A DNA stretch of 64,000 nt from an uncultured Candidatus Binatia bacterium (GCA_965218425.1 OZ244621.1:3552001-3616000), one strand, 5' to 3'. Positions 41,529 through 51,839 are shown, counted from the stretch's first letter. Numbers and translations: made by a program. Notes: generated from the letters alone by a model not told the origin.

Positions 41529-42443
41529 ATGAAGCTCAGGTGGGTTTCGGACGCGCCGCCCTGGAGTGGTCGAGCCGAGGCGGTGGTTGCCAAAGAGTTA
41601 GGGTTTTTCTCCGAGGCGGGTATAGAAGAAGCCGAAATTCAAATCATTCCAGGCGAACGCAATGCCATGGAGGCGCTGCTGGCCGGTGAGGCGGATCTCC
41701 TCTCGGGTATGGCCCGTAAGGCCATGATTGCCCACTCTCAGGGGTCCCCAGTCCGCATCGTCGCTCTTCCAATCCGTAAACTGAGGGCGGGCCTCGCGGT
41801 GGATCCTGCCATCGGAGACCCGAAAAATCTTACGGGCAAGACTGTCTCCGTAGGAATATTCGGTGCCATGGTTGAGCGTCTCGCCCGTATGTCCCTCCAA
41901 ATCCTCGGTGTCAACCCTGATGAGGTCAACTATATTGATGGAGGAACTGGGACCCTTCGCATGGAGCTGATTCGCAAAGGAGAATGTCAAGCTGCGGTCA
42001 TGATGAACATTAACCTCGTCGCAGCAAAGGCCGCTGGTTTTGATGTTTATGAAACCCTGAGCCAACGTTATTCCACTTATGCGTTCCACTCGTTAAGCAC
42101 AACCCACAAAGTGCTGGTGGAACAACCTGATCTGATCATTGCGGCCCTTGAGGGTTGTCTACGCGGCCATGAGGTGTTGATGGATCTTTCTCGAACCGAC
42201 GAAATCGCTCCTTATTTCACGTCACAAATCTATGGAGGGAGTCGCGAAGATTGGATCAATGAACTGAAAGAGGACATTCAGGCCTTCAATCCGAGCCATG
42301 CGCTCGAAGAAGATGCCTTTGCCAACGCGGTTCGCTTCGAGCAGGAGTTCGGATTGCTCCCGCCAGATTACGACTTTCGGGCGGTTCTAGAGGCCTGGCC
42401 CCTTGAGCGGGCCACGGCCCGGGTTAAGGCCGGGAAAGGCTAG
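41529..42443 (+). CDS. NMT1/THI5/SsuA-like binding-protein-fold protein without signal peptide
   Basis: VAKELGFFSEAGI, ALLAGEAD, LTGKTVSV; no signal peptide. Confidence 0.75.
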   Translation: MKLRWVSDAPPWSGRAEAVVAKELGFFSEAGIEEAEIQIIPGERNAMEALLAGEADLLSGMARKAMIAHSQGSPVRIVALPIRKLRAGLAVDPAIGDPKNLTGKTVSVGIFGAMVERLARMSLQILGVNPDEVNYIDGGTGTLRMELIRKGECQAAVMMNINLVAAKAAGFDVYETLSQRYSTYAFHSLSTTHKVLVEQPDLIIAALEGCLRGHEVLMDLSRTDEIAPYFTSQIYGGSREDWINELKEDIQAFNPSHALEEDAFANAVRFEQEFGLLPPDYDFRAVLEAWPLERATARVKAGKG

Positions 42444-42478
42444 GCAGTATTTATCCCCCTAGCAGTCTAGAAACAGGT

Positions 42479-43612
42479 CTAGTTTTGTTTTTCCTCGTAT
42501 GACGTGGCATCGGAAGGCAATATTCTGATTCGATCTGGCGGCAACTGTGCGGAAATCTTTGCTCCGGTGTTAAGCGGGCTGCTACCTTCAACCTCTGTTT
42601 GACATCGCTCAGCCCCGATTTGTAACTCGCACTGGGTGCGATTGCCGATAAATATGGTTCGAAGAACTGTTGCGGGAAAGGTATTCGGGAGCTCATGTGA
42701 CGCTCCAGGGAATGAAACGATTTCCTCGGGACGGATGGTGAGCAAAACCTTATCGCCGGCAGAATACTGGCTATTCAAACCAGGCGCCGTGCACTCAACT
42801 TTTCCGAAGCTGCAGGTTACCACTAACGTACCCTTGGGTTGGTCCTTTTCAATAGTTCCCGAAATAAAATTAGTCTGACCGACGAATCCTGCCACGTAGG
42901 CGTTCGTTGGGTTCATGTATATACCTCGTGGCGCCTCCAGTTGCTGTATGATGCCGTTGCGCATGACCGCAATGAGGTCCGAAAGCACCAAGGCCTCTTC
43001 CTGGTCGTGGGTTACGTATAGAGTGGTCACACTGAGATCCTTGATAAGTCCCTGCAACTCGGTTCGCATGCTAACACGGAGCTTGGCGTCCAGGTTGCTG
43101 AGTGGCTCGTCCAAGAGAAGAACCGTTGGTTCGTATACAAGGGCGCGTGCCAGGGCCACCCTTTGCTGCTGGCCGCCACTTAAAAGGGGTGCGGGTCGGT
43201 CTGCCATGGAAGCCATCTGAACCCGTTCCAAGGCCTGCATGGTCCTTGGGCGCCATTCCTTCTTGGGAGCCTTGTTGGGGCCGTGCCTTAAGGGAAAGAC
43301 TACATTTTCAAATACCGACATGTGTGGCCAAATGGCGTAGGACTGGAATACCATACCGGTGCCCCGCTCATTGATAGGGACGTTGATCCCCCTCGGGGAG
43401 CTGAAGACAACATGATCCCCCAACGCGATCTCTCCTTCATTGGGTGTCTCGATACCGGCAATGCAACGCAATGTGGTGCTCTTGCCACATCCAGAAGGAC
43501 CCAGGAGGGTGAAAATCTGGCCTTTTTGCACGTCAAAGCTCACACCACAAACCGCTTCCACCGGTCCTTGATCCGAAATATAAGTTTTTCGTAGACCTTC
43601 AACTTTTAGCAT
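42479..43612 (-). CDS. ABC ATP-binding protein (FbpC/PotA-like, TOBE domain)
   Basis: GPSGCGKS, VFQSYAIWPHM, LSGGQQQR, LLDEP, VTHDQ. Confidence 0.95.
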   Translation of the reverse strand: MLKVEGLRKTYISDQGPVEAVCGVSFDVQKGQIFTLLGPSGCGKSTTLRCIAGIETPNEGEIALGDHVVFSSPRGINVPINERGTGMVFQSYAIWPHMSVFENVVFPLRHGPNKAPKKEWRPRTMQALERVQMASMADRPAPLLSGGQQQRVALARALVYEPTVLLLDEPLSNLDAKLRVSMRTELQGLIKDLSVTTLYVTHDQEEALVLSDLIAVMRNGIIQQLEAPRGIYMNPTNAYVAGFVGQTNFISGTIEKDQPKGTLVVTCSFGKVECTAPGLNSQYSAGDKVLLTIRPEEIVSFPGASHELPNTFPATVLRTIFIGNRTQCELQIGAERCQTEVEGSSPLNTGAKISAQLPPDRIRILPSDATSYEEKQN

Positions 43613-43716
43613 AGGTACCTACCAGCTAGGAATTTTGCATTCCAAAATTATGAATTTGAATTGTCATTTCTCTCGGATCTAAAGTATCAAATAGCTTTGA
43701 TCCTTGCCGGTTTTAC

Positions 43717-45498
43717 TTAAAATCCACCTCGTTGGGTCAGTCGGCCTCCGGTAAACGCTAAGGCGACCAACAGCAACAGTCCCATAACAGACACCATAAC
43801 CACCGCAGCAGCTGAGGCTTCACCCAATTGGCCACTGTCCCATAGTCCCCAGACTGCAACCGATAGCACCATATTGTTGGTTTCAGTCAAAAATAGCGCC
43901 ATACTGACCTCCCGGAAGGTTAGCAGGGCCGTCCATAGACTTGCAAATACCAGGGAAGGTCTAACCAATGGCATAATAATGCTCCACAGGGTGGGAATAT
44001 TCCCAGCGCCACACACTCGGGCGGATTCCTCCAGCTCTGGAGTAACCTGCAAAAGGGAGGCGTTCGTAATTCGGGTCGTGTACGACAATCGATTAAGCAA
44101 GTTAGCCAATACGATTATGCCCACGGTTCCGCTAATAGGAATTGACGGGAACCAAACAGAGGCCAGGATCCCTAGCATGAATAAAGCAAATGCAAAGGCA
44201 AGACCAGGAAAGGCGTGGGGAAGCATGGCAATGGTATCCATGGTATTGCGGACTCGAAGACGGGTTCGTACAACAATCCAGGAAATCATTAAGCTGAAAA
44301 ATATGGCTAGGGCCGAAACGCTGAACAACAGCACCACGGTATTGCGCATCACGTCTTGCCCGCCAATAAACTCCATGAAGCTTCGGTAGTTCTCGAGGCT
44401 TAACTTCGATAGGGCTTTCACAGACGGCATTTGAATGATGGGCAAAAACGAAATCCAGAGCAGGACCAGCATGGGCAAGACCACTGCCAAAAGTAGGTAG
44501 AGAAGAATAAAACCCACGCCCAGATATTTAAATGGCCCTAATTCGATATCTCGGGGCCTGTAACCCTTCCCGGTAATGACCCCGTAGCGATGGGCCTTCG
44601 CCAGTACCTGATGATAGAAATACAATGCCACAAGACTCGGGGCGGCAATCATTGTGGCATAGACGCCTGCAGCGCCGTATTTGACATCCAATGAATCCGG
44701 CGTCGTGGGCCGCACTGCATAGAAAAGTTCACTGGACAGCACCGGCGCCTTTCCACCCGCGGCTCCAAGCATGGCGGGGACCTCAAATATAGAAATGGCC
44801 GTCATGAAGACGTAAATGGCCCCCCCGAGAATCCCAGGCCACATCAACGGGAGGCTGATTTTGACAAAGGTCCACCAGCGATTTGCTCCCGAAACACCGG
44901 CCACATCTTCCAAGGCTGGGTCAAGGGCCCGCATGGGACCAGAGATGAGAAAAAACATGGTCGGGGTCAGAATCAACCCCATGACCCAGGCGATACCATA
45001 AGGGTTATTTAGGTTAAGCGCCAAACTATCGATTCCAAGGAGGCCAGCCACGGCATTGTTGATGAGACCAATCCGCTCATTGACCAGCATGATCCAGCCC
45101 ATGGTTTTGACAAACCCGGGGATAATTACCACTACGGCGATCAACGTAATGAAGAGATTTCGAAATGGAATTGCGGTTCGATTGAGTAAGAACGCCAATG
45201 GACAGGCAAAGAATAGAGCAACCAGTGTAGCCCCGGACCCAACAATGATTGTATTGGGAATCACCTCAGTCAGGACATAAGGCCGGAATGCATTGGTCCA
45301 GTGGCTTAGTGTCAATCCTGGCTCGAAGGGGAGGCCAGGAACAAAGGTCATGTAAAAAACAAAGACCACCAGTGCCACAATGGCTGAAAGGACGATCCAA
45401 GACAGTGTCAGCGGCAGAGCATATGGGCCTAGCGTCGGGGTGAGGCGTTTCCTCGCGTGCTCGAGCCCTGTCCCTCTAGCGGTCTCTACACCCTCCAT
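43717..45498 (-). CDS. ABC permease (FbpB-like)
   Basis: Two EAA loops (LEDVAGVSGA, LEESARVCGA). Confidence 0.92.
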   Translation of the reverse strand: MEGVETARGTGLEHARKRLTPTLGPYALPLTLSWIVLSAIVALVVFVFYMTFVPGLPFEPGLTLSHWTNAFRPYVLTEVIPNTIIVGSGATLVALFFACPLAFLLNRTAIPFRNLFITLIAVVVIIPGFVKTMGWIMLVNERIGLINNAVAGLLGIDSLALNLNNPYGIAWVMGLILTPTMFFLISGPMRALDPALEDVAGVSGANRWWTFVKISLPLMWPGILGGAIYVFMTAISIFEVPAMLGAAGGKAPVLSSELFYAVRPTTPDSLDVKYGAAGVYATMIAAPSLVALYFYHQVLAKAHRYGVITGKGYRPRDIELGPFKYLGVGFILLYLLLAVVLPMLVLLWISFLPIIQMPSVKALSKLSLENYRSFMEFIGGQDVMRNTVVLLFSVSALAIFFSLMISWIVVRTRLRVRNTMDTIAMLPHAFPGLAFAFALFMLGILASVWFPSIPISGTVGIIVLANLLNRLSYTTRITNASLLQVTPELEESARVCGAGNIPTLWSIIMPLVRPSLVFASLWTALLTFREVSMALFLTETNNMVLSVAVWGLWDSGQLGEASAAAVVMVSVMGLLLLVALAFTGGRLTQRGGF

Positions 45499-45534
45499 GG
45501 ATTTTCTTCAATGCGGACTGCTAGTCCTTTGTGT

Positions 45535-46083
45535 TCACGCCCTGTCATTCAAAAGCTGGCCGTTGTGAACTAATTTACCGGTGACGGGAATGGGGTTCTT
45601 GATGGTGTTTATGGTATGACATCCCTGCTCGATCCTGGCTAGCAATTGTTTAACCTTTTCCGCAGGGGCCGGGCTCCTAATATCAAACGTGTACATTACA
45701 CCCCGGCACGCCGGCGAGACATCCGCGATGCCCAGTTTCCCCCGGGTGTCGTAACTCATCCGTATATCCATCTTCGCATCGTCGATCTGAACATCCAGTT
45801 CTGACGCGTACCGCGTCAGTTGGCTGAACATTCAAAATCCCGTTGCAGCGACAAAGTACTGGAGGGGCGAGGGCGCCTTACCTCCTCCTCTCCTGGACTT
45901 CGCTTCGTCGCAGAGGATCGTATACTCTCCAACTCTCGCCTCCTTGAGTTGGTCTTCAACCAGACGAATCGCGGCCCGAGTCTGGATGGTATGACCTTCT
46001 GCGCCCGTCCTTGCCCGTTTTCGTTGCTCCTCAGTGGCATCTCGAAATTTGACCAGATCGATCTTTCCGGCCGGCTTACTCAT
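45535..46083 (-). CDS. OsmC/Ohr family peroxidase, predicted selenoprotein (Sec at TGA 45834-45832; 182 aa)
   Basis: ORFs 45832-46083 and 45535-45831 abut in frame; DEAKSRRGGGKAPSPLQYFVAATGF-[TGA]-MFSQL puts TGA at the first catalytic Cys; second Cys in IEQGCHT; SECIS-like hairpin follows. Confidence 0.88.
45794..45828 (-). promoter_or_regulatory. Bacterial SECIS-like stem-loop
   Basis: mRNA UGA-aug-uucag-ccaa-CUGACGCG-gua-CGCGUCAG-aa-cugga; perfect 8-bp stem, G-initiated loop 20 nt after UGA. Confidence 0.75.
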
Positions 46084-46100
46084 GATAAATGCCCTCCGCG

Positions 46101-47240
46101 CTAGCGGCGTTGCCTTATTTTCTTAGTAATGTCTCTCCTGTATGCCTTTCCTTCGTCCGTGCCGAACCATTTCAAGACTTCGAGGGACTCTGGACTGTCA
46201 TAAAAGGAAAGAAGTTTTGATCCGCTCTCCTTTAAGGTCTTCCTGGCCATTTTGTCATAATCACTTTGGCCCCAGTGAACATTGGTGTAGAAAGAGGGAG
46301 GTTGCCAAATCGCCTCTGCCTCTGGGGTTCCCATCCACATGCTAAAGAGAGTCCCCACCGCAGAATGACGAGCGCCCTTGGGAACAATGTAGAAGATCTG
46401 CGTTGTACCGGTGCCGTCCGCATACCAACGGTATCCTATTGGAGCCTCCGAATCCTTAGCCTTGGCGGAAAGATAGTGGTAGAAGTTCCCCGGGAAAAAT
46501 GCAAATTCTCCAAGGAGCAACCGGTTTTTTGCTTGCGTTGTGTGCATGACCCCGGCCGAATTCTTGCCGATCGTATCCACCGTCTTTAGCCATTTGTCTC
46601 TTTCGTAGACAAGGGTTCCTAACTCCCACTCGCTGGTAAAGATTCCCAATGCGTATTGTCCTTTATATTTTGGATTGGCCATATCGGCCCGACTCTTGGG
46701 CAGGTCTTTTTCGGAGATCAGTTTCGGGTTATAGATCATGACCTTATTTCGACCCGCAAAAGAAAAGGCATACCCAGTAAAAGGTGATGGACTCACCTCC
46801 TCTGGTTTCACCTTGCCAGAACGGACTAGAGGGTTGATCTCTGCAAGCAGAAGCTTCCAGTTGGCTATCTTCTGGGCATTTCCGGCATGCATCAATTCGA
46901 CAACATTATCGCCAGCGCCTGGGTATGTATCGTAGGGAGGTTTTCCGCCCGCCCTTAATGTAGCAAACAGCTGTGCGTAGGCTTTGGTTTGGCCTCCTTT
47001 CGCGATGTTGCTCTTGAGGTTATTGAGGCCGAACCGTTTTTTGAATGCCTTCATAAGTTTTGGGGTTACCCTGCCGGCCTGTCGGACCACCTGCGTGGTC
47101 AGGACGCCTTCTTTTTTCGCCTGAGCAATCAGCTCATCCAGGACCCTTTTGCCTTCGGTACTGGCAGCTACTGGCTGGGCCAGAGCAATGGTAATAACCA
47201 AACACAAAAAGACGCCAATACTTTTACCTAAGCTTTTCAT
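46101..47240 (-). CDS. ABC substrate-binding protein
   Basis: Signal peptide (IALAQPVAA), LIAQAKKEG, YNPKLI, PKYKGQ, VPKGARH. Confidence 0.85.
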   Translation of the reverse strand: MKSLGKSIGVFLCLVITIALAQPVAASTEGKRVLDELIAQAKKEGVLTTQVVRQAGRVTPKLMKAFKKRFGLNNLKSNIAKGGQTKAYAQLFATLRAGGKPPYDTYPGAGDNVVELMHAGNAQKIANWKLLLAEINPLVRSGKVKPEEVSPSPFTGYAFSFAGRNKVMIYNPKLISEKDLPKSRADMANPKYKGQYALGIFTSEWELGTLVYERDKWLKTVDTIGKNSAGVMHTTQAKNRLLLGEFAFFPGNFYHYLSAKAKDSEAPIGYRWYADGTGTTQIFYIVPKGARHSAVGTLFSMWMGTPEAEAIWQPPSFYTNVHWGQSDYDKMARKTLKESGSKLLSFYDSPESLEVLKWFGTDEGKAYRRDITKKIRQRR

Positions 47241-47306
47241 ACGGCACCCCCTTTTTCATGATTCGTTTAAGCGTATTAAGAGTAAAAATACGTTGTTCAG
47301 GCTGGC

Positions 47307-47408
47307 ACGCTAACAACGCTTGAAGTTCATGTCAAGAGGCAAGAGAATCGACCGTGGTCTGAGGAGAGATAGGATCGCTTGACAACTTCCAATCTGGGTC
47401 TATATAGT
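47307..47408. promoter_or_regulatory. Divergent sigma70-like promoter pair
   Basis: Minus strand TTGACA(47335-47330)-N17-TAGCGT; plus strand TTGACA(47379-47384)-N18-TATAGT. Confidence 0.5.
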
Positions 47409-47482
47409 CCAGCGCTGATTGGAATGGAATCGCTTCCTATTTAATTGACGTGTTTAGACTTTAGTGATTAAGGAGGCAGTTT

Positions 47483-48253
47483 GTGAAGGAGTACGACCAA
47501 TTGTGCAACGATCTGCGGTTTGGAACCCGACTTCTGTTTCGCGACTTGGGGGATCCTTGGGGACATATTGCTGTCCGTTTACCGGACGGCGACAAGCGAA
47601 GTGGGTTCATACTCAAGCATGTGCGGGTTCCTCCACCGCCGGCCGACCCTAACGCTGTCATGATCTTCGACTACGATGGCGACTGCCTCGAAGGGGCGCG
47701 GACCCGCCCCTGGGAGATTCCAATTTATACTGCCATATTCAAGGCGCGCCCCGACGTCCAGAGCGTTATCCATACCCACCCTCACATCGCTACGGCCCTC
47801 ACCATGGCTGGTAAGACGGTTTTTGCGATTACCCATCAATCCGCTCAATTCGAACATGGCGTGCCGGTTTTTCCTGGGGACATGATCAACAGCAACGAAT
47901 TGGGCGAGGGCCTGGCGCAAACCCTTGGAAGCTTTCCCGCCGCGTTACTGAAAGGACATGGTGCCGTCTCTATTGGTACTACCATCGGACAAGCGGTTCA
48001 GAACACCCTCTACCTCGAGCAGGCTGCCCGCCAACAGATTCTCGCGGCGACCCTCGGCACACCAGAGGTGCTTGAGGAACGATTCATCGAATTTCATAGA
48101 AGGCCACCTGCAGGAGAGGGAGGTTTGGCCCTTTGGTACACCAAAATGCACTACGAGCAGACGGAGGTGAGGCCCATGGTAAATCGGTCCACGGCCAGTA
48201 AAGAAACCGCTAAGAGGAAGACCGCACCGGGTCCAAGGAGGAGGCGTAGGTAA
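47483..48253 (+). CDS. Class II aldolase/adducin family metalloenzyme
   Basis: WGHIAVR, EIPIY, RPDVQSVIHTHP, LLKGHG. Confidence 0.9.
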   Translation: MKEYDQLCNDLRFGTRLLFRDLGDPWGHIAVRLPDGDKRSGFILKHVRVPPPPADPNAVMIFDYDGDCLEGARTRPWEIPIYTAIFKARPDVQSVIHTHPHIATALTMAGKTVFAITHQSAQFEHGVPVFPGDMINSNELGEGLAQTLGSFPAALLKGHGAVSIGTTIGQAVQNTLYLEQAARQQILAATLGTPEVLEERFIEFHRRPPAGEGGLALWYTKMHYEQTEVRPMVNRSTASKETAKRKTAPGPRRRRR

Positions 48254-48297
48254 GACGCTTTAGATTGATCAATGGGACGATGAGACAGAGGTCCTAG

Positions 48298-49356
48298 TCA
48301 AATGTTCGGCTGGTATCCGTGACCGGCCACGTCCAGAATAAGTCGCCCGAACTGCTCGCGGCGTTCAAGTACGCGGTGTGCTTCAACGGCCCTCTCCAGC
48401 GGGAAAACATGGCTAATAGCCACCTTTAGGCGCTTAGCGGCGAGGAGCCGTAGGACTTTTTCGGCTTCATCAGGACGGCTTCCCTTGGAAAAAATGATCG
48501 TGGCTTGGGTCTGAATCATCGGGCCGAGATGGAAGTGTAGCTCGGAGGCGGCTGCATTGCCGGGTACAACGATTCTCCCACCGCATCTAAGGGCCTTCGC
48601 CAGCTCTTGAAAAGTGTTGCCACCAACGGTATCGAAAAAGAGATCGACGCCCCTTCCCTTGGTGCTCTGGTGAACCCTTTGGAGAACATCCTCTCTATTA
48701 TAGTCGATTACGACGTCCGCCCCTAGCGCTTTGACGAGGGTGGCCTTTTCCCGTCCACTGGTGGTGGCTATGATATGGGAGCCCGCATGGCGGGCAACCT
48801 GAACGCCTCCACTTGCGACAGCGCCACTGGCTGAGCGAATGAGTACGGTTTCTCCGGCCAGCATCTGGCCTCGGGTAATGAGGTTGTGCCAGGCGGTCAG
48901 CGTTCCTCCCTGAAAGGCCGCAGCCTGGTCATGACTGACCTCTGCTGGCTTTCTCATTAAACTCCGAGCAGGAACCGTAATATAATCCGCGTAGCCTCCC
49001 CAGTCAGAAACCCCTTGATAGCGCGGCTTTCGGCAGGCCTCCGGTAGGTCGCGGTGACAGATGTCGCAGCTCCCGCACGGGGTGATGTTGCGGGTGATTA
49101 CCTCGTCTCCTTCTTTCCACTCAGTAACGCCAGCTCCTAGTCCAGCGATGACCCCGCTGGATTCGCGGCCCAATTGAAAGGGGACCGGGGCTCGAAAATA
49201 GCTGCCCGTCCCAGCGTGCATTTCCAGGTCCGTTCGACGCACGCTGGTGGTGATAACTCGCAGTAACACCTCACCGTCAGACGGTTCCGGTGCGGGAACG
49301 TCCTCGAAGCGAAGCACCTCTGGCCCACCATATTCGTAAAAACGTACTGCCTTCAC
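48298..49356 (-). CDS. MDR family (Zn-ADH/quinone reductase-like) oxidoreductase
   Basis: YGGPEVL, CGSCDIC...C structural Zn lobe, TAWH, GRGVD, FGRLIL. Confidence 0.9.
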   Translation of the reverse strand: MKAVRFYEYGGPEVLRFEDVPAPEPSDGEVLLRVITTSVRRTDLEMHAGTGSYFRAPVPFQLGRESSGVIAGLGAGVTEWKEGDEVITRNITPCGSCDICHRDLPEACRKPRYQGVSDWGGYADYITVPARSLMRKPAEVSHDQAAAFQGGTLTAWHNLITRGQMLAGETVLIRSASGAVASGGVQVARHAGSHIIATTSGREKATLVKALGADVVIDYNREDVLQRVHQSTKGRGVDLFFDTVGGNTFQELAKALRCGGRIVVPGNAAASELHFHLGPMIQTQATIIFSKGSRPDEAEKVLRLLAAKRLKVAISHVFPLERAVEAHRVLERREQFGRLILDVAGHGYQPNI

Positions 49357-49560
49357 TCTGCCTGTCCTCCTCGACGATTAGTCATCCTGCTGTCGAGCGG
49401 CAACGTTGTATCTAAAAGGTATATTCCGCCTCGCCGCTCCCCCCGGAAGGCTTGACGGGAAACTCACGAAGCGATATTACACCAATGAGGTTCCTACGCA
49501 AGATCCTGTGGAGGTTGGTTGTTTGGCTCTCCATGCCTTTGCGTGAAAAAGGGGATGCAT

Positions 49561-50256
49561 ATGATCACTAGAGATCTAAAATCCGGTGAGGCTTTAATTG
49601 GAGAATTGGAGGGATATCGGAGGGAGCATCGAAAAGAGTTTCCCTTTCGGAACGAGATTGGAAAGACAAAGGAGAAGATTATCGAGTCGAAACGTGCCAA
49701 GCATGCTGGAGGTTCGGATAATCATAAATTCGAGGGGGAAAGGTATCTCAACTGCACCGCCAAAACCATCCGCCGCCGGCAGCTGCGCAAACTGGTGGAT
49801 GAAGGCGGGTTGAGCACCTTTGGGGGGAAGGTTCCGAGCCATGCCATGTTGGATCGCATTGGATCCTACGAATTTGGGATAACCGATGACGAGATTACTG
49901 AACTAGAAAAAGGCGATCCATCGGCGGAGAAGCTCATTGTCAGGGGCTGGTGGGTCCATCTCAACCGGACCCAGCACTGGTCCATTGCCATAGGGAGTGG
50001 CATGGTTGTGGAGGGCGAAAAGAAAGTGGACCCCGAGAAAGAGGCCGAGGAGATTCAAACCATGAGGGAAGACTATGCGGAGATGGGTATTAAAAATTTG
50101 GACAATGCGCTCTGGTTCGCCTCGGAGCATGCGGAGGTGGACATAGATCATACTGAATTCAATGAGGCGGTCATCAAGCAATTTGTTAATACACCTGAAT
50201 TGCAAAATGAATTGAGAAAGGCATTCATCCTGCGTCTACAAAACCAGGGGTTTTGA
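49561..50256 (+). CDS. Heme-oxygenase-like (PqqC/CADD/TenA fold) putative diiron protein HDO-1
   Basis: RRRQLRKLVDEGG...PSH...VEGE...EHAEVDIDH (E,H,E,H,D,H). Confidence 0.7.
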   Translation: MITRDLKSGEALIGELEGYRREHRKEFPFRNEIGKTKEKIIESKRAKHAGGSDNHKFEGERYLNCTAKTIRRRQLRKLVDEGGLSTFGGKVPSHAMLDRIGSYEFGITDDEITELEKGDPSAEKLIVRGWWVHLNRTQHWSIAIGSGMVVEGEKKVDPEKEAEEIQTMREDYAEMGIKNLDNALWFASEHAEVDIDHTEFNEAVIKQFVNTPELQNELRKAFILRLQNQGF

Positions 50257-50282
50257 ATCGGTAGTTACCGAGGGGGTGTTAC

Positions 50283-51062
50283 ATGTCAGAGTTGCCCTAT
50301 GGACCAGAAGACCTGAAGGAACCGGCGCTGAGTGCAGAGGCCTTTATTCGGTTCCTCCAAGACGAAAAAGCGAAGAAATACCCGGAGCTGCCTCCTTTGT
50401 TTCAAAACCTCCATGAGGGTAAATACAGCAAAGAGCATTTGAAGCTGTGGGTGAAGGATATGTACCTGTATTGGGATTATGCCCTGGTTTACAGTACCGG
50501 CGCTATTTATGTGAAGACCAATGACGAAGAGGTGAGAACCCAAATACTTAGAAAGCTGGTGGATATCGAAGGAAAAGAAGTGGTCAAGGATCTAACCGGC
50601 TGGACCACGCCGGCTTACGAAGAGCTTTGGCTCCGCTTTGGTGAAGGGCTCGGAATCTCCAGGGAAGAGATTCAGTCTTGGAAATCATTCACTCGGAGCC
50701 ATTACGCCATGACAACCCTCTGCATGCTTTCCCGATGGTGGGAGTGGACTTGGTTAGACGGCGTGGCGAGTTTGTATGCTGGAGACCTCCACGGAAGGGA
50801 TTCCCTAGGTGGAGTGAGAGAGGCCATGAAAAAGCACTATGATGTTGCGGGCAATAGCTTGGAAATTTTTCGAGTCCTTGAGGAGGACGCGGCATCCCAT
50901 ATCCCTTGGGAGGAACAGGCGCTTGCCCATTGGTGCTGCACCCGGGAGAGGCAATTGACGGCGGCCAGAGCGTTTCGAAAGCGACTGGATATTGAAAATC
51001 AGCTGCTTGTGGCACCCCATCGGGCGGCCACCTCGGAACGGATGCCTCTTCAAATCCCCTAG
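50283..51062 (+). CDS. PqqC/CADD/TenA-fold protein HDO-2 with degenerate metal site
   Basis: LHEGKYSKEHLKLWVKD, RKLVDIEG, ELWLRFGEGLGISREE, WLDGVASLYAGD. Confidence 0.75.
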   Translation: MSELPYGPEDLKEPALSAEAFIRFLQDEKAKKYPELPPLFQNLHEGKYSKEHLKLWVKDMYLYWDYALVYSTGAIYVKTNDEEVRTQILRKLVDIEGKEVVKDLTGWTTPAYEELWLRFGEGLGISREEIQSWKSFTRSHYAMTTLCMLSRWWEWTWLDGVASLYAGDLHGRDSLGGVREAMKKHYDVAGNSLEIFRVLEEDAASHIPWEEQALAHWCCTRERQLTAARAFRKRLDIENQLLVAPHRAATSERMPLQIP

Positions 51063-51104
51063 CGCAAGAGATTGTCCCAGGAGAGATTGGAAGGAATGAT
51101 TGGA

Positions 51105-51812
51105 ATGGACACGGAAACTCTTCGGGAGAATCTGATCCGGTGCATTCGTATGATGGACATGATCGCCCTTGTGGAGCACAACGGTCATGTGAGCGTACGA
51201 ATCCCCGGGACGGACCGGGTTCTCATCCAATCGCGTTACTCCAGTCGTGCGACACTGACATCGAAGGATATTGTCACCGTGGATCTCCGGGGAAACCTAC
51301 TGGAAGGCGAAGACGAGCCACCCAGCGAGACACCCATCCATACTTGTATCTATCGGGCGCGGAAAGACATTGGATCGGTGGCCCATCTCCACTGCCACTA
51401 TGCGGTATTGCTCAGTATGAGCGGTGTGGCCTTTGCCCCGGTATGCAACGATGGAATTCTCTTTGCCCGTGATGGCGTGCCACTTTTTCCCCATTCGTGG
51501 AACATAGGTAGCAATAAACGCGGTGAGGCCTTGGCTGAAACCTTGGGAGGCGCCAAAGCAGCGCTCATGAAAGGTCATGGAGCCGTGGTGGTATCGGAGG
51601 TCCTGGAAGGCCTGTTTCAGACTGCCTATCAACTTGAACAGAACGCGCGCTATCAGTACGAGCTCATGTTACTGGGAAAGTTACAACCCTTCACGGAAGG
51701 GGACGTTCGAAGTGCCCCGAAGCAAACCCTAGGGGCTTTGGAGGGCAAACGAAAGTGGAAAGTATGGGATTATTTTGTTTCCGTAGCCGAAAAGAGAGGC
51801 GTGTTTGATTGA
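51105..51812 (+). CDS. Class II aldolase/adducin family metalloenzyme
   Basis: NGHVSVRIPG, PPSETPIHTCIYRAR, VAHLH, LMKGHG. Confidence 0.92.
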   Translation: MDTETLRENLIRCIRMMDMIALVEHNGHVSVRIPGTDRVLIQSRYSSRATLTSKDIVTVDLRGNLLEGEDEPPSETPIHTCIYRARKDIGSVAHLHCHYAVLLSMSGVAFAPVCNDGILFARDGVPLFPHSWNIGSNKRGEALAETLGGAKAALMKGHGAVVVSEVLEGLFQTAYQLEQNARYQYELMLLGKLQPFTEGDVRSAPKQTLGALEGKRKWKVWDYFVSVAEKRGVFD

Positions 51813-51839
51813 ATCTAGATGAGTATAGGAGGGGAGAAT

